A stretch of 64,000 nt of DNA, taken from positions 2,535 through 66,534 of the forward strand of contig ADNK01001417.1 in NCBI GenBank assembly GCA_000320545.1, read 5' to 3'. This stretch comes from Bigelowiella natans CCMP2755 (taxonomy: Eukaryota; Protista; Cercozoa). Shown here one piece after another: positions 25,401-46,547 of the stretch; within the stretch, counting starts at the first letter, position 1, and each line of letters starts with the position of its first letter. The translations under genes and the position numbers were made by a program. The notes under the pieces were generated by a model, which saw nothing but the letters and a program-made list of their open reading frames with translations, searched no databases and was not told where the DNA came from.

Positions 25401-28400
25401 TTGCTGCTGCTGCTGCTGCTGCTAACTGATGACGATGGCGGTGGTTGGGCGGCGTCGTAAAATCTTCTTCTATCCTCTTTTGATCTTAGTATCGTTGCTA
25501 TTACCGCATTTCACCCACCACCACCACCATCACTATGCATCATCATCACCATCATCATCATTTATCGCCACTACCACCTCTTTAAAAGATGATAATACCT
25601 TATTCATATACTTATTCAGATTAATGCCACCGTAGTCCTTTTTCTTCTTTGTCGCAGCAGTAGCGCTCGTGGTGTCCTCCCCCTTCTTGTTGGGGTCGTC
25701 TACATCGCCAGCAACACTCTTGACTGCAGCATCATCCTGTGGAAAAAAATGATAATTTTACGTTCTTCTCTCCCAAGTAAGTGTTGGCACCAAGAACTTC
25801 GTTTTTCCTCATTTGGAATACATGCATTATTAGACATGATGAAGGCGTATATGAATAGGACTCGTCTAACCTTCACAGGGGGGGCGACAACTCCGGTTGC
25901 TGTTCCCGTTGACCCAGTTGTCTTAACTCCCCCTTTGCTTTTATCCTCCCGTGACAATGCGCGCCGCGAATGACTGATCATTATTGAAGAGATGACTGCA
26001 ACTACTTACATGCCATTGTTGTTTCGCACAGATGCTTGTGATTATTCCTCGGATGTAGCATGAAAGAATGAAACCGTCGACAGAAAGGTTAATAATCGCT
26101 ATTTTGCTAGTTTTGATAAATTAATGATACCTTCTAGATAACATGGACTGACGATGAGCTTCCTCGGACTCGCCCTCCTTCAGGCCTCCTGCTATTGCCA
26201 TTAGCACATCCCGAAGAGGCGCCGTGTACATGTCGCGCTCCTTTTTCGGAAGCTGAACAGTATTGCGAATAAACAATGAATAACAAGCTTACTCGCAATG
26301 TGAAAGTTAAATGCGGAACGAAGTCTAAGCTTCAATAAGAAAGTCTGATTGAGGATACTACTACTCTGCTACTAATCTACTACATACAACTAATTATTGC
26401 TACCTTTGCCTGCCGCTCTTTGTACAAATGCAACTCGTTAAAAGCCCTGACGGTCATTACAATCTGCACCAAGTGTACGTTACATAGCAATTAGAAGCTG
26501 GACAGATTTCATCGTATTAGAATACCGAGTGGTGATCATGCAAACATACATACATACATACATACATACACACATAATGATTATGTAATCCTCCATGTAT
26601 CTATCTATATTTATCATCATGGTGGTTTCCCCTTGCACTCCCTTGGTAGTTGCATCGTCTCGTCATAATTACTACCGTATCACGATCGAAAGGTGTCTTG
26701 GCAGCGAGCTGCATGGGCATTGATTTCTTGTTAAATGCCAGGCTGAACTATAGGTGGTTGTGGCATAAGATGGAGGAGGAGGAGGGGTACATTTTAGCAC
26801 ATGCAGTGAAGAAGTGAACACCTATTATTGCTGGTAGATCAGCATTAGCACATGTAACAAAGCAAGAGAGCTTCTTAGGTTTCTCTTTCTTCAACGTGGC
26901 CACGGCCATTACAACACACCATTCATTTGTTAATGCCCTTCCTCTACTACCACTACCAGTAGTAATACCATGTTTGCTGATTTGTAATCCAGTAGAATCT
27001 TCATGTCCTGATTGAACTCGGCCTTGGCAGATTATACATACAGTATTAGTATATTAGTGGAGACACATGCACTCAGCCACATTCAATGAGTATGACAAAA
27101 GCAGTCACTTATGAGGTCACACTGGTGCATAGATACTCTAAACAACCACAGCTGCTACCATTGCTAGACATGTATTCTGAGAAACCATCACCTTTTGCTT
27201 GGTCTCCTTGCCGTGCCGAATCTTCATCTTCTTTCCGTTGAGCAAGATAAGCTTTCTTGGAGCATTTGGCCGCGAAAGGAGCTCGAGAACACCCGCATTG
27301 TGAACGAGGATGTTCCTTACGTAGGGTGTTAGTTTAGGATGGGGCACAACTCGACCAGTAAATGCAGAGGCTTGGAATCCGTCTTCTATGCGCGTGCATG
27401 TAACCTTTAGAACACAGCCCAAGTCGTCACAGTTGGTGTGGTAGCGGGCCTTCTGTGCACCCTCTATAACGCGGAACAACCCATCGCTTCCGCATCGAAA
27501 CCACTGGACGGCGAATAAATCTTCTGCCATTCCACTAAAGGAGACAGTAACACGCGCGGCCGTGGACAAGGGCTGCACGAAGGACACTGTAGCTTTGAGG
27601 TCGGATATCGTGGATGTCCATTCGTCCTTTTCCTTTGTCAAAACCTCTACCTGAGCAGCCAGTTTATCAGCATTGGCCAGCTTCTCCTTATTTTCTTTTT
27701 TTTCCTTCTCGAACGCTTCTTTTTGTGCCTTGGCATCACTCTCGGTCTTAGTTCTAGTAGCTTTCGTCACTGCGAGCTCCTTCTCCAGCTTCTCTATTGT
27801 CGTTTTGTTCTGCTTCTCTGCACGCTTCATCTGGACATGAATTTGACGTGCACGTGCCATCTTCTGGTCTAGAGATGCTTTCTCTGTCCTCGCTTTTGTG
27901 AGCTGTGCGCGAAGATTGTTAAAGGTGACCGTCGCCTTCTTCTTTAGTTTATCGAACTCTACAGCAGCCTTCTTGCGCTCTTCCTCACGAACCTTATGGA
28001 TTACACAAATAATAAAATGTTGATGCGCTAAGCATCCAACAAGTATTGAGTGGTGGGCGTTGCATATTTATTCAAAAAGTTGTTATCATTATCTTTCTCA
28101 TCACATCATCAATATCATCTTTATGTTCCACCATGTCGGCTGATTTCTCTGTAGCGCCACTGCTCTCTTGCTTTTCTTTGATGAGCTGGCTGAGATTTCC
28201 TTTCACAGATGTTAGTTCGTCTTTCAAGCGATCAACGGATGCTACAGCAGTGTCGCGCTCTTCTTCCGCCTTCAGGGTCTTTGCCACGCTCTCTTCAAGC
28301 TTTTGTTCCAGTTCCTTAATCGCCTCGTCGCGTCCGGCGGCCCCGCTTGTCGCGTCTTCCTTAGCACGATTGTACTTACCCTCAAAGTCCTCGGCTTTGT

Positions 28401-29141
28401 TCTCAGCGGCGAGCTTTGCTGTAAGAAGTTCCTCATTCTTTTCCTCTAAGGCTTTCATGCTAGACCAACATCAACGAAAATAAATAGCAGAAATGTCAGC
28501 GGCGACATAAAACTCCTTCCATGATGTCGTAATCCCTTCTTAATTACCGAATTTCTTTACTTTTACCCTTTTCACTCCGTCACCCCCTCGTTTATGTATA
28601 TGTACGTAAAGGAGCAGTGGTGTCTCCAAATCAACCTTTCTTCCAGTTCCTGGACCTTCTTTCGCAAATCCTCAGCAACTTTACGCTCTTTCTGCGCCGC
28701 GCGCTTCAATTTAACATTCTCTTGGATAGCGGTGGAAACTGTGTCCTCTGTACCAGCCTCAGCGCTCGCCATGGCCGGCTCCACAACTCTCACTCCGCTC
28801 TTGGCGGTAGTGGGAAGAGGTGGTTTTCCTGTAGGCTTTTTGTCTTCTGCAGGATTTCCTTTTACCTCATCACCACGTTCTGCCATTACATTGTCGAAGT
28901 TTATGTCCTCGAAGAAGTCTGCACCATCTAGTTAGTCACGAACAACGATGATATCAGAATAACATTGAGGAGTGAACAGTAAGGAATTAATGTAATGACA
29001 TTTCCATTCCAGTCCTAAACACACTGAGAATGGTTGTTAAGTTTTAAATTAGACATCACCATCCCCGAATGTAGCTTCTTTGTCTTTGGTGTCCACCGCA
29101 TTTTCATTTTCCTTATTTTCGGGTTTAGCAGCACCCTCCAT
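19651..29141 (-). CDS. Large multi-exon protein: coiled coil + SCAB-like Ig-PH + low-complexity linker + muniscin-type mu homology domain
   Basis: MEGAAKPENK... start; long coiled coil; FAVQWFR..IEGAQKARYHTNCDDLGCVLKV (Ig); KMKIRHGKETK...DRDTIVMTVRAF (PH); C-terminal IVVSEAIDY/GEVT/PFLAKGLWKTQ..WYTN/PITVSLQCPAASTSLSG (MHD-like). Continuity through 22.5-26 kb is inferred. Confidence 0.6.
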
Positions 29142-29938
29142 CTCTTCCTTTCCACAGCTGTGTGTTGCAAAAAAGATGTATCAAACGACGGTAGTCAAAG
29201 TTTCAAACTAGTGGGCGTGGTAGTAAAAGTAGGATTAGGAATAATATCTTTCAAATCTCGAATATGGTCAAACAACGCTAATTGAGAACGATCTCCCCAC
29301 GAATCTGTTAAGGTGATAGGTTAGTGCGCTTCTACACACCGGTTTGCGCACGCTGGAGGACGATATCAATCTGTATGGAACGTTCTTTAAAACCGGAGTG
29401 TACGTTATTCCGTTGTGGAGGAAGTGGGCGAGTGATTTGACAGAACGATCCAACTTGCAGGATCTCGTCCTCTCTCTTGCTCTCCTCCTGTGCTCCGTGT
29501 AGGATGAGGCACAAGTAATTGGAACTACCGAGTAAAAATCTCAAGTGCTTTAAATATTTGTAGTCGCATGCCGCGGAATACTCTCGTTTGTTGCTAAAAA
29601 AAATAATCTCGCGAGACGCTCGACAGCCTCAAGAACTTCTGTGGGCACAGATATCGAGGGATGTATCTTGGGTTTTTGGTGTTGCACTCGGAAAATTCTG
29701 TCTGAAATTCTTCAGTCCTTTTGTGAGCAAGATCTCTGCTAATTTTCTGTAGGCAGTCTAGGTTATATTTCCATATGTTTTTTCCCCGATTTTTACCAGC
29801 TTTCTCCAAACTATTACCAACAAGAGCTTATTATCCACGGATGGTATCGGACACCGGCGATATGTGGGATTAAAGGGCATTTGTAGAGTACGACAACCTA
29901 TTTTCCAACTGGTCAATTTTCGAGCGGAGGTTTGGGAG
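29142..29938. promoter_or_regulatory. Putative bidirectional promoter SCAB-MHD gene / LSM14
   Basis: Divergent ATGs; variant AGTCGCA at 29562; TT..CC motifs repeating about every 11 bp at 29768-29818. Confidence 0.5.
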
Positions 29939-32100
29939 ATGTCCGCAATGGAACCAGGAGAAGGGAGCAGCAGCGGTTATACTAACACTCGTCTAGTCCT
30001 GTTCTATTTCAATACGTGTCTTATAATAACTAAAAGAGAGAGTTCTTTATGATTCTTTGGAGAATAGCCCAGCTTGAATCACATGGGACTTATTTCATAA
30101 AATCCAATATCAACTTCCGCATTTTTTACATAAAGATCGTTTGCGACATTATCGTTTTCCGCTTTCTTTTCCATACTCAGACCAACTTCCGAAAGTAAAC
30201 GGGCCCTCTCTTGGCGCAAAAAAGGGTGTTGAGATTAAAGATGATGCGGGTTTATCAACGCGGATAAGCAACTCCATGAAGGGACTTTCTCTAAAGCCAA
30301 AACTGGTCGAGAATAAGGAAGATGACGCGAAGCAGAACCCGATGGTTGACTCGCAGAAGCAAGCTGGTGATGACCAAACAGCAGCACATACTTCGGGTGA
30401 GCACAATCCGGCCAAGCCGTACATCGGAGCGCACATCAGCCTCCTCTCCAACGCTAACTATCGATACGAGGGCATCCTCTTCACGATAAATCCGAATGAA
30501 GAAACGGTCTCCCTCAGAGACGTCCGTTTCTTTGGAACGGAGGGAAGGAATGACAAGGTTGGCAAGCGAGAGGTCCCAGGAAATAATATGGTGTACCCAT
30601 ACCTGAGTTTTGAGGGCAAGAACATTCAAGATTTGACCGTTCAAAAGAAAGAGGAATCACCATCACCAGACCCAATGCTGGAAGACCCTGCAATTAGAAA
30701 TGTAAAAACAACTTAACTTGCCTAGAAGTTAATAGAGCTTGTACCTTTTGGAGAATGAAAAAAATGAATTAATATTTACATTATTATCTCGAGGAATGAC
30801 GAAATTGAGAGAGGGAGAGTAGAAATTAACATGTATCCTGTACGCTGCTCTTAGGCACATAATGCGGGGAACTATCCGATGTATGGAGGACATCCACCTC
30901 CGTACGGAGCTCCACCACCTGGGCCCCCACCATCGGGGTATTATGGAGGGGGTTACCCTCCTTACGGCTCCGGGGGACCAGCGGTACGAATACGTCAAGA
31001 ATATCACCTACCGAATCAACACTGAACAGCGGGATTAATGAATATGATCACAATTCGGTTCTTTTGATTGTTACTCTCTACGTATCAGTGGGGCCCACCC
31101 CCTACCACCAACCGTGCACAGCCTGGGCAAGGAGGAAAGGATTCAAATTCCAAGGGCGGCGAAAAGTCAAAAGCAAGGTGTTTTTCAGCCCAGTTGATTC
31201 AGTCAAAAGCAACATTTTGCCTACACGTGGAAATGTAAATCTAAATGTGTTCAAGAATCTAACATGCTTATCTAATAAGGAGCGCAAAGAAGTACGAACC
31301 GGGCACTGGAAACTTTCTACGAGAGAAATATAAGATTGTTCAGGACCAAAAAGATCTTGACGAAGACTTCGATTTTACCTCTTCTACCGCTAAGTATGAT
31401 AAAGACGGCTTTGCTAAACAAATGGTATATCATCAGCATAGTTTCTCTTTGAACTCCAACACATTTTTTTGATTACTTAGGGTGTCGTATTTCTTATAAA
31501 TTTGATTTTCTTCTGAGTTACACTCTATTGATCGACAACCTCAGGCTAAAGAAAATGCTGAGCGACTTGAGGGAGAAGCAGACGGTGATGAAGAAGACGG
31601 TGGTCAGGCTGTGGCAGTGCCGGCAGGGAAAAAGAAATACGATGCCAAAACCTCTTTTTTTGATAACCTTTCGTCCAGCGTATCTACGCCCAACATCAGG
31701 GACGATCCTGCGGATGTCGAGACCTTTGGCAAGGCAGCGGAGAACTATCGGTGTGAGCTAATTTCCATAATATTATAGCAGAGGCAGATGAAATATATTT
31801 CATTATGATTACACGCATTAAAAAACAATACACTCTTTCCTCCTTCGCTGTGCATTACTCCCTCTAATTGCAACAAATAATCGCATTAATCGCATACGTC
31901 TTTGCTTTATGGATAGCTCTCAGCATGACCGCCGAAGGAGACGAGGAGGAAGGGGCCGCGGGCGCGGAAGGGGTCGAAGAGGTGGCGGCAGAGGTGGTGG
32001 AAGTGGCTATCGCTCGTATCGAGGAGGACGTCGAAGAGATGGAGGTGGTCAGGGAGGTTCAAATCGCTCAAATTGGAGAGTGAAGACATCCTCAGAATAA
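29939..32100 (+). CDS. LSM14: LSM14/Scd6/DCP5 family decapping activator
   Basis: PYIGAHISLLSNANYRYEGIL...VRFFGTEGR (LSm domain), EDFDF, FFDNLS, DVETFG, RGG tail. Confidence 0.93.
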
Positions 32101-32209
32101 TGGCTCATATGTAGCGGTTGAGAACTTATTCGCAGGAAGGATTGTTAAAATGCTTCGATGGGGCATATTTCATGTATGGTGTTCAGTCGTGAGTTAGAAA
32201 AAACGCTTA

Positions 32210-33060
32210 GTATAGCTAACTGTAGCACACGCACACGTTGCAAACTTGCAAAATATGAATGTTGGATCAACTGTACCATTTGCTGATTAAAGTGTGCAGA
32301 GATATCAGTTTATCGGGTATGCATGCTTCTGCTACGACGCTGTACTTAAATTCACGCATGTATCTAGTATGTGCTCTGATCGATCTTATGACGTACACGC
32401 TAGCACGGGGTACACTGGTACACTTTAGCATTGAACAAATTTAATTGGTTAATTACACCCCGTCTTTAGCACTGCGGCGCGTCACATGATAAGCACTACT
32501 AGCTAGCTAGGCCTAGAGCACTAAAGCACGGCATTGCGAACTGGCTCATAAGCTAGCTAGCTAGCTAGCAGTGCGTGCTGTGTGGCTGTGATGCGTATCG
32601 TAGCTAGCTAGCTAGGTACGCTAGCTAGTAGGCTAACACTGCTGCTATGGAAGCGTAACGGGCGAATATTTACATGTCGCAATAGTGCCGGTCTCAGAGC
32701 GCTAGACTAGTAGAGCATGCCACGCCCACTGCACTTGTGTATACCTAGCTAGCTAGACATGCTCTCATGCTAGCATGCCAGCTTGCTAGCTTGCACACCC
32801 CTAGACATCCCTAGATCACAAGCGCACACAATACTAAATACAGCTATAGAGCACGGCAGCACTAGAGTATAAGCTAGCTAGCTAGACACTGCTAGACTGT
32901 CTAGAGGGCACATTTCGATTGCTGCTATTGTTAAAATTTCCGAATAAAGCTACGCTGCGATCGAAGCTACGATGATCGCACACATCGGATCGTGTTGCCG
33001 CGCACGATATGATACGTACAGCAAATTTTCACACCGCTACGCACATTACTCCTATGATCG
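32210..33060. other. Convergent-junction island E
   Basis: Between LSM14 (+) and the hypothetical gene (-); many gctagctagctag runs. Confidence 0.85.
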
Positions 33061-33499
33061 ACATTATATGTCCTTAACAACTTATAAAATTCGTGGTAAT
33101 TGACTGTAATAATAACACCTACACAATGTCTTAGTTTCTTTTATTTCTTTTCTCAATTGACTAGCTTTAAAGAATCAATCGTCATTCAAACTATATCTTT
33201 CTTTTTGTTTTACAATTACGTATCATTTCTCTTGACGATGGACGAAATAAATTTATATCTAGAGTTGATCTTTGGATTGCGAAACCCAAATATTAACCTG
33301 ATTGCCCTTCCGGCTTAAAAATATACAACGGTTGCTTTTCGTGAAAATGGGCATACCCACTTTCTCGTAGCTTCATGTAGAAACGGAGCTGGGGATTAAT
33401 CCTTAAACTGTACGAAACCCTACTCATTTTTCATCCTTAAATTCTCGTAAACTCAAAAACGACGCATTCCAAAATAGTGAGAACACGCCAGAAATGAAG

Positions 33500-35078
33500 C
33501 TACGACGAAGATGTTTGATGAATTTTTCTTCTAAATTTAGAATTTCGAGTTGTTGAAAAGCCAACTAATGAAGCCTTCGGAGAAATAACCATTGGAGAAG
33601 ATGCAGATGATATTTGATCACTTCTGATAGCTATACTTGTTCCATTTTGTGGGGGAGTCAGCGAATGTGAATTGGAAAAGGATTGTTCAATGTCTGCGGA
33701 AGCGAAATCGAAAAAATCTGGGGGCCGCACATTTCTTGTTTTGGAGAACTTGTATGTATTTTCGGCCTTAGGAGATTGATCAAATGTGAGAAATGACCCA
33801 AAATTATTTTTCTCATCCTTAGCCTCCTCATTCGATTTTCTATCCTCCGATTTCATGATACTACGGGGTAGCAAATTTTTAAGAATCCTAGCCTTTGAAA
33901 CGGCCTGATTCTGGATCATTTGAGGGCTGAACTTTGCTGGAGTACCATTGCTGGACAGAAGAGGGCTTTCTGTTCGAATAGAGTATGCAACAAATGAGAG
34001 GACTGGCAATAGGGGATTATTCTGGTCATTCTCTCATTGACCCAGTTTCAGCTTGTTCAGCATCAAGCAGGTGCGCTTTGAAGGTGATGCAACTGCACCA
34101 GCTGGAGAGTCGCGCTTCATTCCTGTAATAAAAATCATAATTTTGACATGGGTAGCTTACAAATTTGATTGCTGAATGCACCTGCCCGAGGGAGATCGGA
34201 CCCAACACCTGGATAGGAATGGGGCCTTACCAAGACGCGCACAACCCCCTCCTCATTTTTGTCCGTAGAACTGGACTGGAATTGTAGAGTGATCGCAACT
34301 TAGAAAATTTCGAAGAAAAATGCTGGAAAAGGATTGTTTTTCTACCCGCAGTGACGACGGAGATGAGGTAATAGATCTTCCTCGAATTGGAATTGGTTTC
34401 GCTTTGGTTGTTCCGCTGCCAAAGTTGTCGAGGTGGACTTCATTGGATGAGCTTGCCTGAGAACTCCTTATATTACGCCAACTTAGAAAGATTTTCCTGT
34501 ATAGGTACTTCCTAAAGAAATTTGAAAGTCTGGTTTTTCGTTCTTGTCCAATAAAACAATAATCTGGGCCGTATTCCCCATCCGGGTCACGGGGGTTTCC
34601 TTAAAAAAAAAGAAGTTGCTGCTCAGCTCACCAACGAAGACAACTTGAGAAGAATAAGACCTCTTATTTCTTTCCACGTCAGCTTCTTCACCACAAGAAC
34701 TTGATCATCTAATGCAAACCGGACTATTTTCGCGTCTGATTAAGTTGTCAACAGTGGCAAAAGCATTAATCAATGAATCCTTCAAACCGGGATTCTCGAA
34801 ATGTTCACATATCATTAGATTACAGGAATACAGATCATGTAACCTGGCGATTTGACGGTGCTAATCTCCGATTTACTATGGAGAAAAGTCTTGACACCAC
34901 GGTTCTTTGTATCGTCGGTTAACGCTTCTTTGCTGGTGCTTTGCTGAAGGTTTCCTTCTCCCTGATCATGTAGTTTTGACTGGGGAGTCTGGTTCTGGGC
35001 TTTCTGCCTCCGTTCTCGCTCTTCTTTCTCTCTCCTTCTCCGTATGGAAGGGGGCACCCAAGCGCCTTTGCTCCCCAT
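33500..35078 (-). CDS. Hypothetical Ser-rich protein, multi-exon
   Basis: MGSKGAWVPPSIRRRREKEERERR start; spliceable exons; 169-codon terminal ORF ending at 33500; no family recognised. Confidence 0.55.
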
Positions 35079-35549
35079 CACTCTTTCTTCCTCGATTTTC
35101 AGACCTTTGTACCTGTCTCGGAATTTGAATTCATCGAAAACATAGTCTATTTTATAGAAACGTCTGTGCGATATCCGGAATATAATGTTACATTGAGATC
35201 TTTCGGGGTTCTGGCTGCAAGAAATGGACAATTATTTCTTCCTTCAACCCAAACCCTAACCCAAAAACTCGCCGCGCAATTCGTTTGTGCAGACAAGGCA
35301 AGTTTTTGTAGTCGTATATGAGAAATCTCATACGTTGGGGCTTTCCTTCCCCCTCCTAAATGAATGTTGTTAGTGCCCGAATTTCGACTATAAATTGGTA
35401 AAATATGATCCATCTTATATTCGAGTCCAAGCAAAATAGTTGTCGCATATCTCCGTTCGAAGTCGCTGAGCAGGGCTTGTCGCTCAACGCGTGATTTAAA
35501 TATTTGAAAAAAAGCCAGCGATTGATTGATCCGCTCGCCCCCCCCAAGC
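35079..35549. promoter_or_regulatory. Putative bidirectional promoter hypothetical / ankyrin gene
   Basis: Divergent orientation; TGTCGCA at 35441. Confidence 0.5.
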
Positions 35550-43828
<8,279 letters not shown>

Positions 43829-43999
43829 ATGCTAGATTGTGAGAATATGTGTAAACGACGGCGAGCTTGTTAGTGGTTAAGTGTTGCCAACAGTCGCTCT
43901 TAATTTATCAATTGCTGCACACACCCATGTTGTAATCTACAAAGCTTTGCCAAATGAAGCCCTGTACTACATAACGTATAACTAATGGCAAGTTGTCCC

Positions 44000-44680
44000 T
44001 CCTATACTATCGGATATATGAGACGAATGTGATCTAGCTAGCTAATAATGAATGTTTAAATTCTTTCAATAGTCATTCTAATGTAGCTATCGGATATATG
44101 GAACTATGGACATGCTAGCATGCATGCGCATGCGGTCTGCGGCGATGCGCAGCGCAGCACGCAGCACACGCACGTCGTCGTGGAACAACACAACGAACAG
44201 GTTCATCAGTCATGCGTCTCATAACCGTGCGCTTGCGGAACAAAATGTTAGCATAGGTCCACACACATTGCAAGATGTTTCAGATCTTATTACTATGAGC
44301 TTGCGTGCTACATAGCTAGATAGCGTGGGTATAGCATAGGGGCTGCTAGCTAGCTTGGCTGATGATCTAGCTAGCTAGTGATGCTGATGAGTGGTGCAGT
44401 GCGGTCGTGCGGCACGGCGCGATGTCTGGTGTACGGTGTACGCATGCGCATGCATGCATCGCATGTGCAATGGATGATCTGCTGTACGTAGCGCTTGCTA
44501 GCTTGTGCGTGCTATGCTAGTATGCTAACTATGTACATGAACAGTGCTAGCTAGATCTAGAGATGCATTGACTGTAGTCGTGCACATAGTCTAGATAGTC
44601 ACATCATGGCATGGCAATAAACTATGATATGTGCGTATATGCACTAGTGCTGCAGCCTATTTATCGATCTTAATACCAAC
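44000..44680. other. Convergent-junction island F
   Basis: Between the ankyrin gene (+) and CWC21 (-); gcatgcatgcgcatgc, ctagctagctag. Confidence 0.85.
44019..44090 (+). repeat. Copy of the island-associated ~55-bp element, with internal CTAG insert and 14-bp flanking direct repeat
   Basis: 26/27 identity to 60555-60581; ctatcggatatatg at 44007-44020 and 44087-44100. Confidence 0.85.
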
Positions 44681-44847
44681 ACAGACAAACAATTAAGACT
44701 GGATGATGACATGCAAGATGCACGACGAAAACTACAACGAAAATGATGTCATTTATTGAGATATGATAATTGCTATTGCACATGATGAGGCAGCAGCACA
44801 ACCCTGCCCCCCTTATGGTTTCATAACACATTTATTTGCTAAAGGTA

Positions 44848-46082
44848 TCAATCACTTCCAGATGAAGATGAGCTTGAGCTTCCACTGTCAGAGCTCGAGC
44901 TTGAATCATCGCTGTCATCGCTATCGTCATCTCTTCTCTTCCTTTCCTCCTTCGAGTCCTTACGCCTGCTCTCTCTCCTGCTCTCGCTATTATGGTCGCG
45001 GTCATCACGGTCTCGGGCACGGTCACGACTCCGTCGGCTGCGATCACGACTACGATCGCGATTGCGATCTCTGTCACGTCGGTCTCGATCTCGTCTCCTT
45101 GATCTCCTCTCGTCGTCACTATCGTCACGTCGTCCACGCCATCTGTCCTGAATCTCGTTTCTGTCGCGGCTGTCATTGCGTCTGCGCCTCTCTCGATCAC
45201 GGCCTCTGCGGTTGTCTCGATCGCCACGATCTCGGCTTCTTTCTCGATCCCTGTCTCGTCCGGAATCCCTCTGACGGCGACGTTTATTGTACTCTTCTTC
45301 TCCACCGCGATCAAGGAAGGCGGGAGCAGGTTTTTTTGGCACTTGGGAGCCTTCATCTTCGCCAGGAATCTCTTCCATTCTCTTGAAAGATTCTCCATTT
45401 CTATGTCCAGATTTAATTCCGAATGCTCGCCGCAGCTTTTCGTTTTCTTTCTCTTTCAAGAATGATACGGCGTGAGTCTCTTTCAGCCTACGATTAGAAA
45501 ATTTACGAAATAGTTTATAATTTTCAAATCATTGTGATATGGAATACTCTTTCTCTGAAGATATGTCGTCTCCTGATGTTAATCGTCTGCGGAGGTACTT
45601 CCGGTCTTTCTCAACACGCTTCTTTATCTCCTCATCGGACAATCTGTGCACAAATCTCTTAGCAAAGTTTCTGGATGAAACTAGATTTTGGCTTTGTTGC
45701 CAAGAAGCAGAAGTAGAGGATATAGGGTGAAAAGAAGAGAAGCAAAGAAAAAGAGATGGAGAGAGAAAGATCCTACCCTCTTGATTTCAGGTCTTCTTCA
45801 AGGAGAAGCAACTTAAGTTCAATTTTCCTCTTCCTGTTGTGTTCCAATATAGCCTTGTTAGGCTTCTTTGTAACAGCTGGTTGCCTATAATCGTCAAAAC
45901 TCTTTCGTTGTTGACCACGCTGATGAGGCTTTAGGGCACCGAGGTTGCGTTGAACGTAACCATTGGTTCCTGAACCTCTTGGTGTAACTAGACCAATTCC
46001 GTTGTACCTGAATCAATGCTACAATAAGAAAACTTGAAATATTGTGGTAGAAAATGAGTTCGGTGGTTCTTTCTTACGCCAT
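44848..46082 (-). CDS. CWC21: Splicing factor CWC21 / SRRM2-like with RD/RS-rich tail
   Basis: MA|YNGIGLVTPRGSGTNGYVQRNL signature; cwf21 region ILEHNRKRKIELK; Arg/Asp repeats. Confidence 0.92.
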
Positions 46083-46547
46083 CGCAGCTTTCGATCTTCA
46101 GTGCGGAGGGGGAACTTAGAAGCGGGGCTATCTTCCTGCAGAAGGTGGGGTATTTATTTATGCGACAACTCTAAATAGTACAAAATCACATTCTACAAAT
46201 ACTACCCAGATTTATCCCCATCTGGCCAAAGAATCTGTTGTCGCCAATGCTAAATCAATTTCATCTAGTCTCAACTAATATCTCATAAAATGATACTGAA
46301 CGTATGAGTATCTTTCTCTACGACATCAAATAATAAACTTGTTTCACGCTGCACCTCGTATTCTCCTCTCCTTCCAATCCTATCTCCCGAGGGGACCAAC
46401 ATACTAATTGTTGATACTCGATTAACAACGAAAGTCAGTAGATGGAACACAGCCCATAAATATATGTATACTCAATAGAATATATGGTTCTAATTTCAGG
46501 CTTCGACTTAAACATTAAATAACTTTATACCCGTTCAACAAGACACA
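46083..46547. promoter_or_regulatory. Putative bidirectional promoter CWC21 / CHMP1
   Basis: Divergent ATGs 465 bp apart; TGCGACA at 46161. Confidence 0.6.

Noticed and set aside
32500-32900. (CTAG)n runs as a CRISPR array or a cloning/restriction-site artefact
   Set aside because: No constant repeat-spacer period and no cas genes; the runs recur at biologically defined positions, which argues against artefact
44763-45386. 207-aa His/Cys-rich plus-strand ORF
   Set aside because: Antisense shadow of the RD-repeat exon of CWC21
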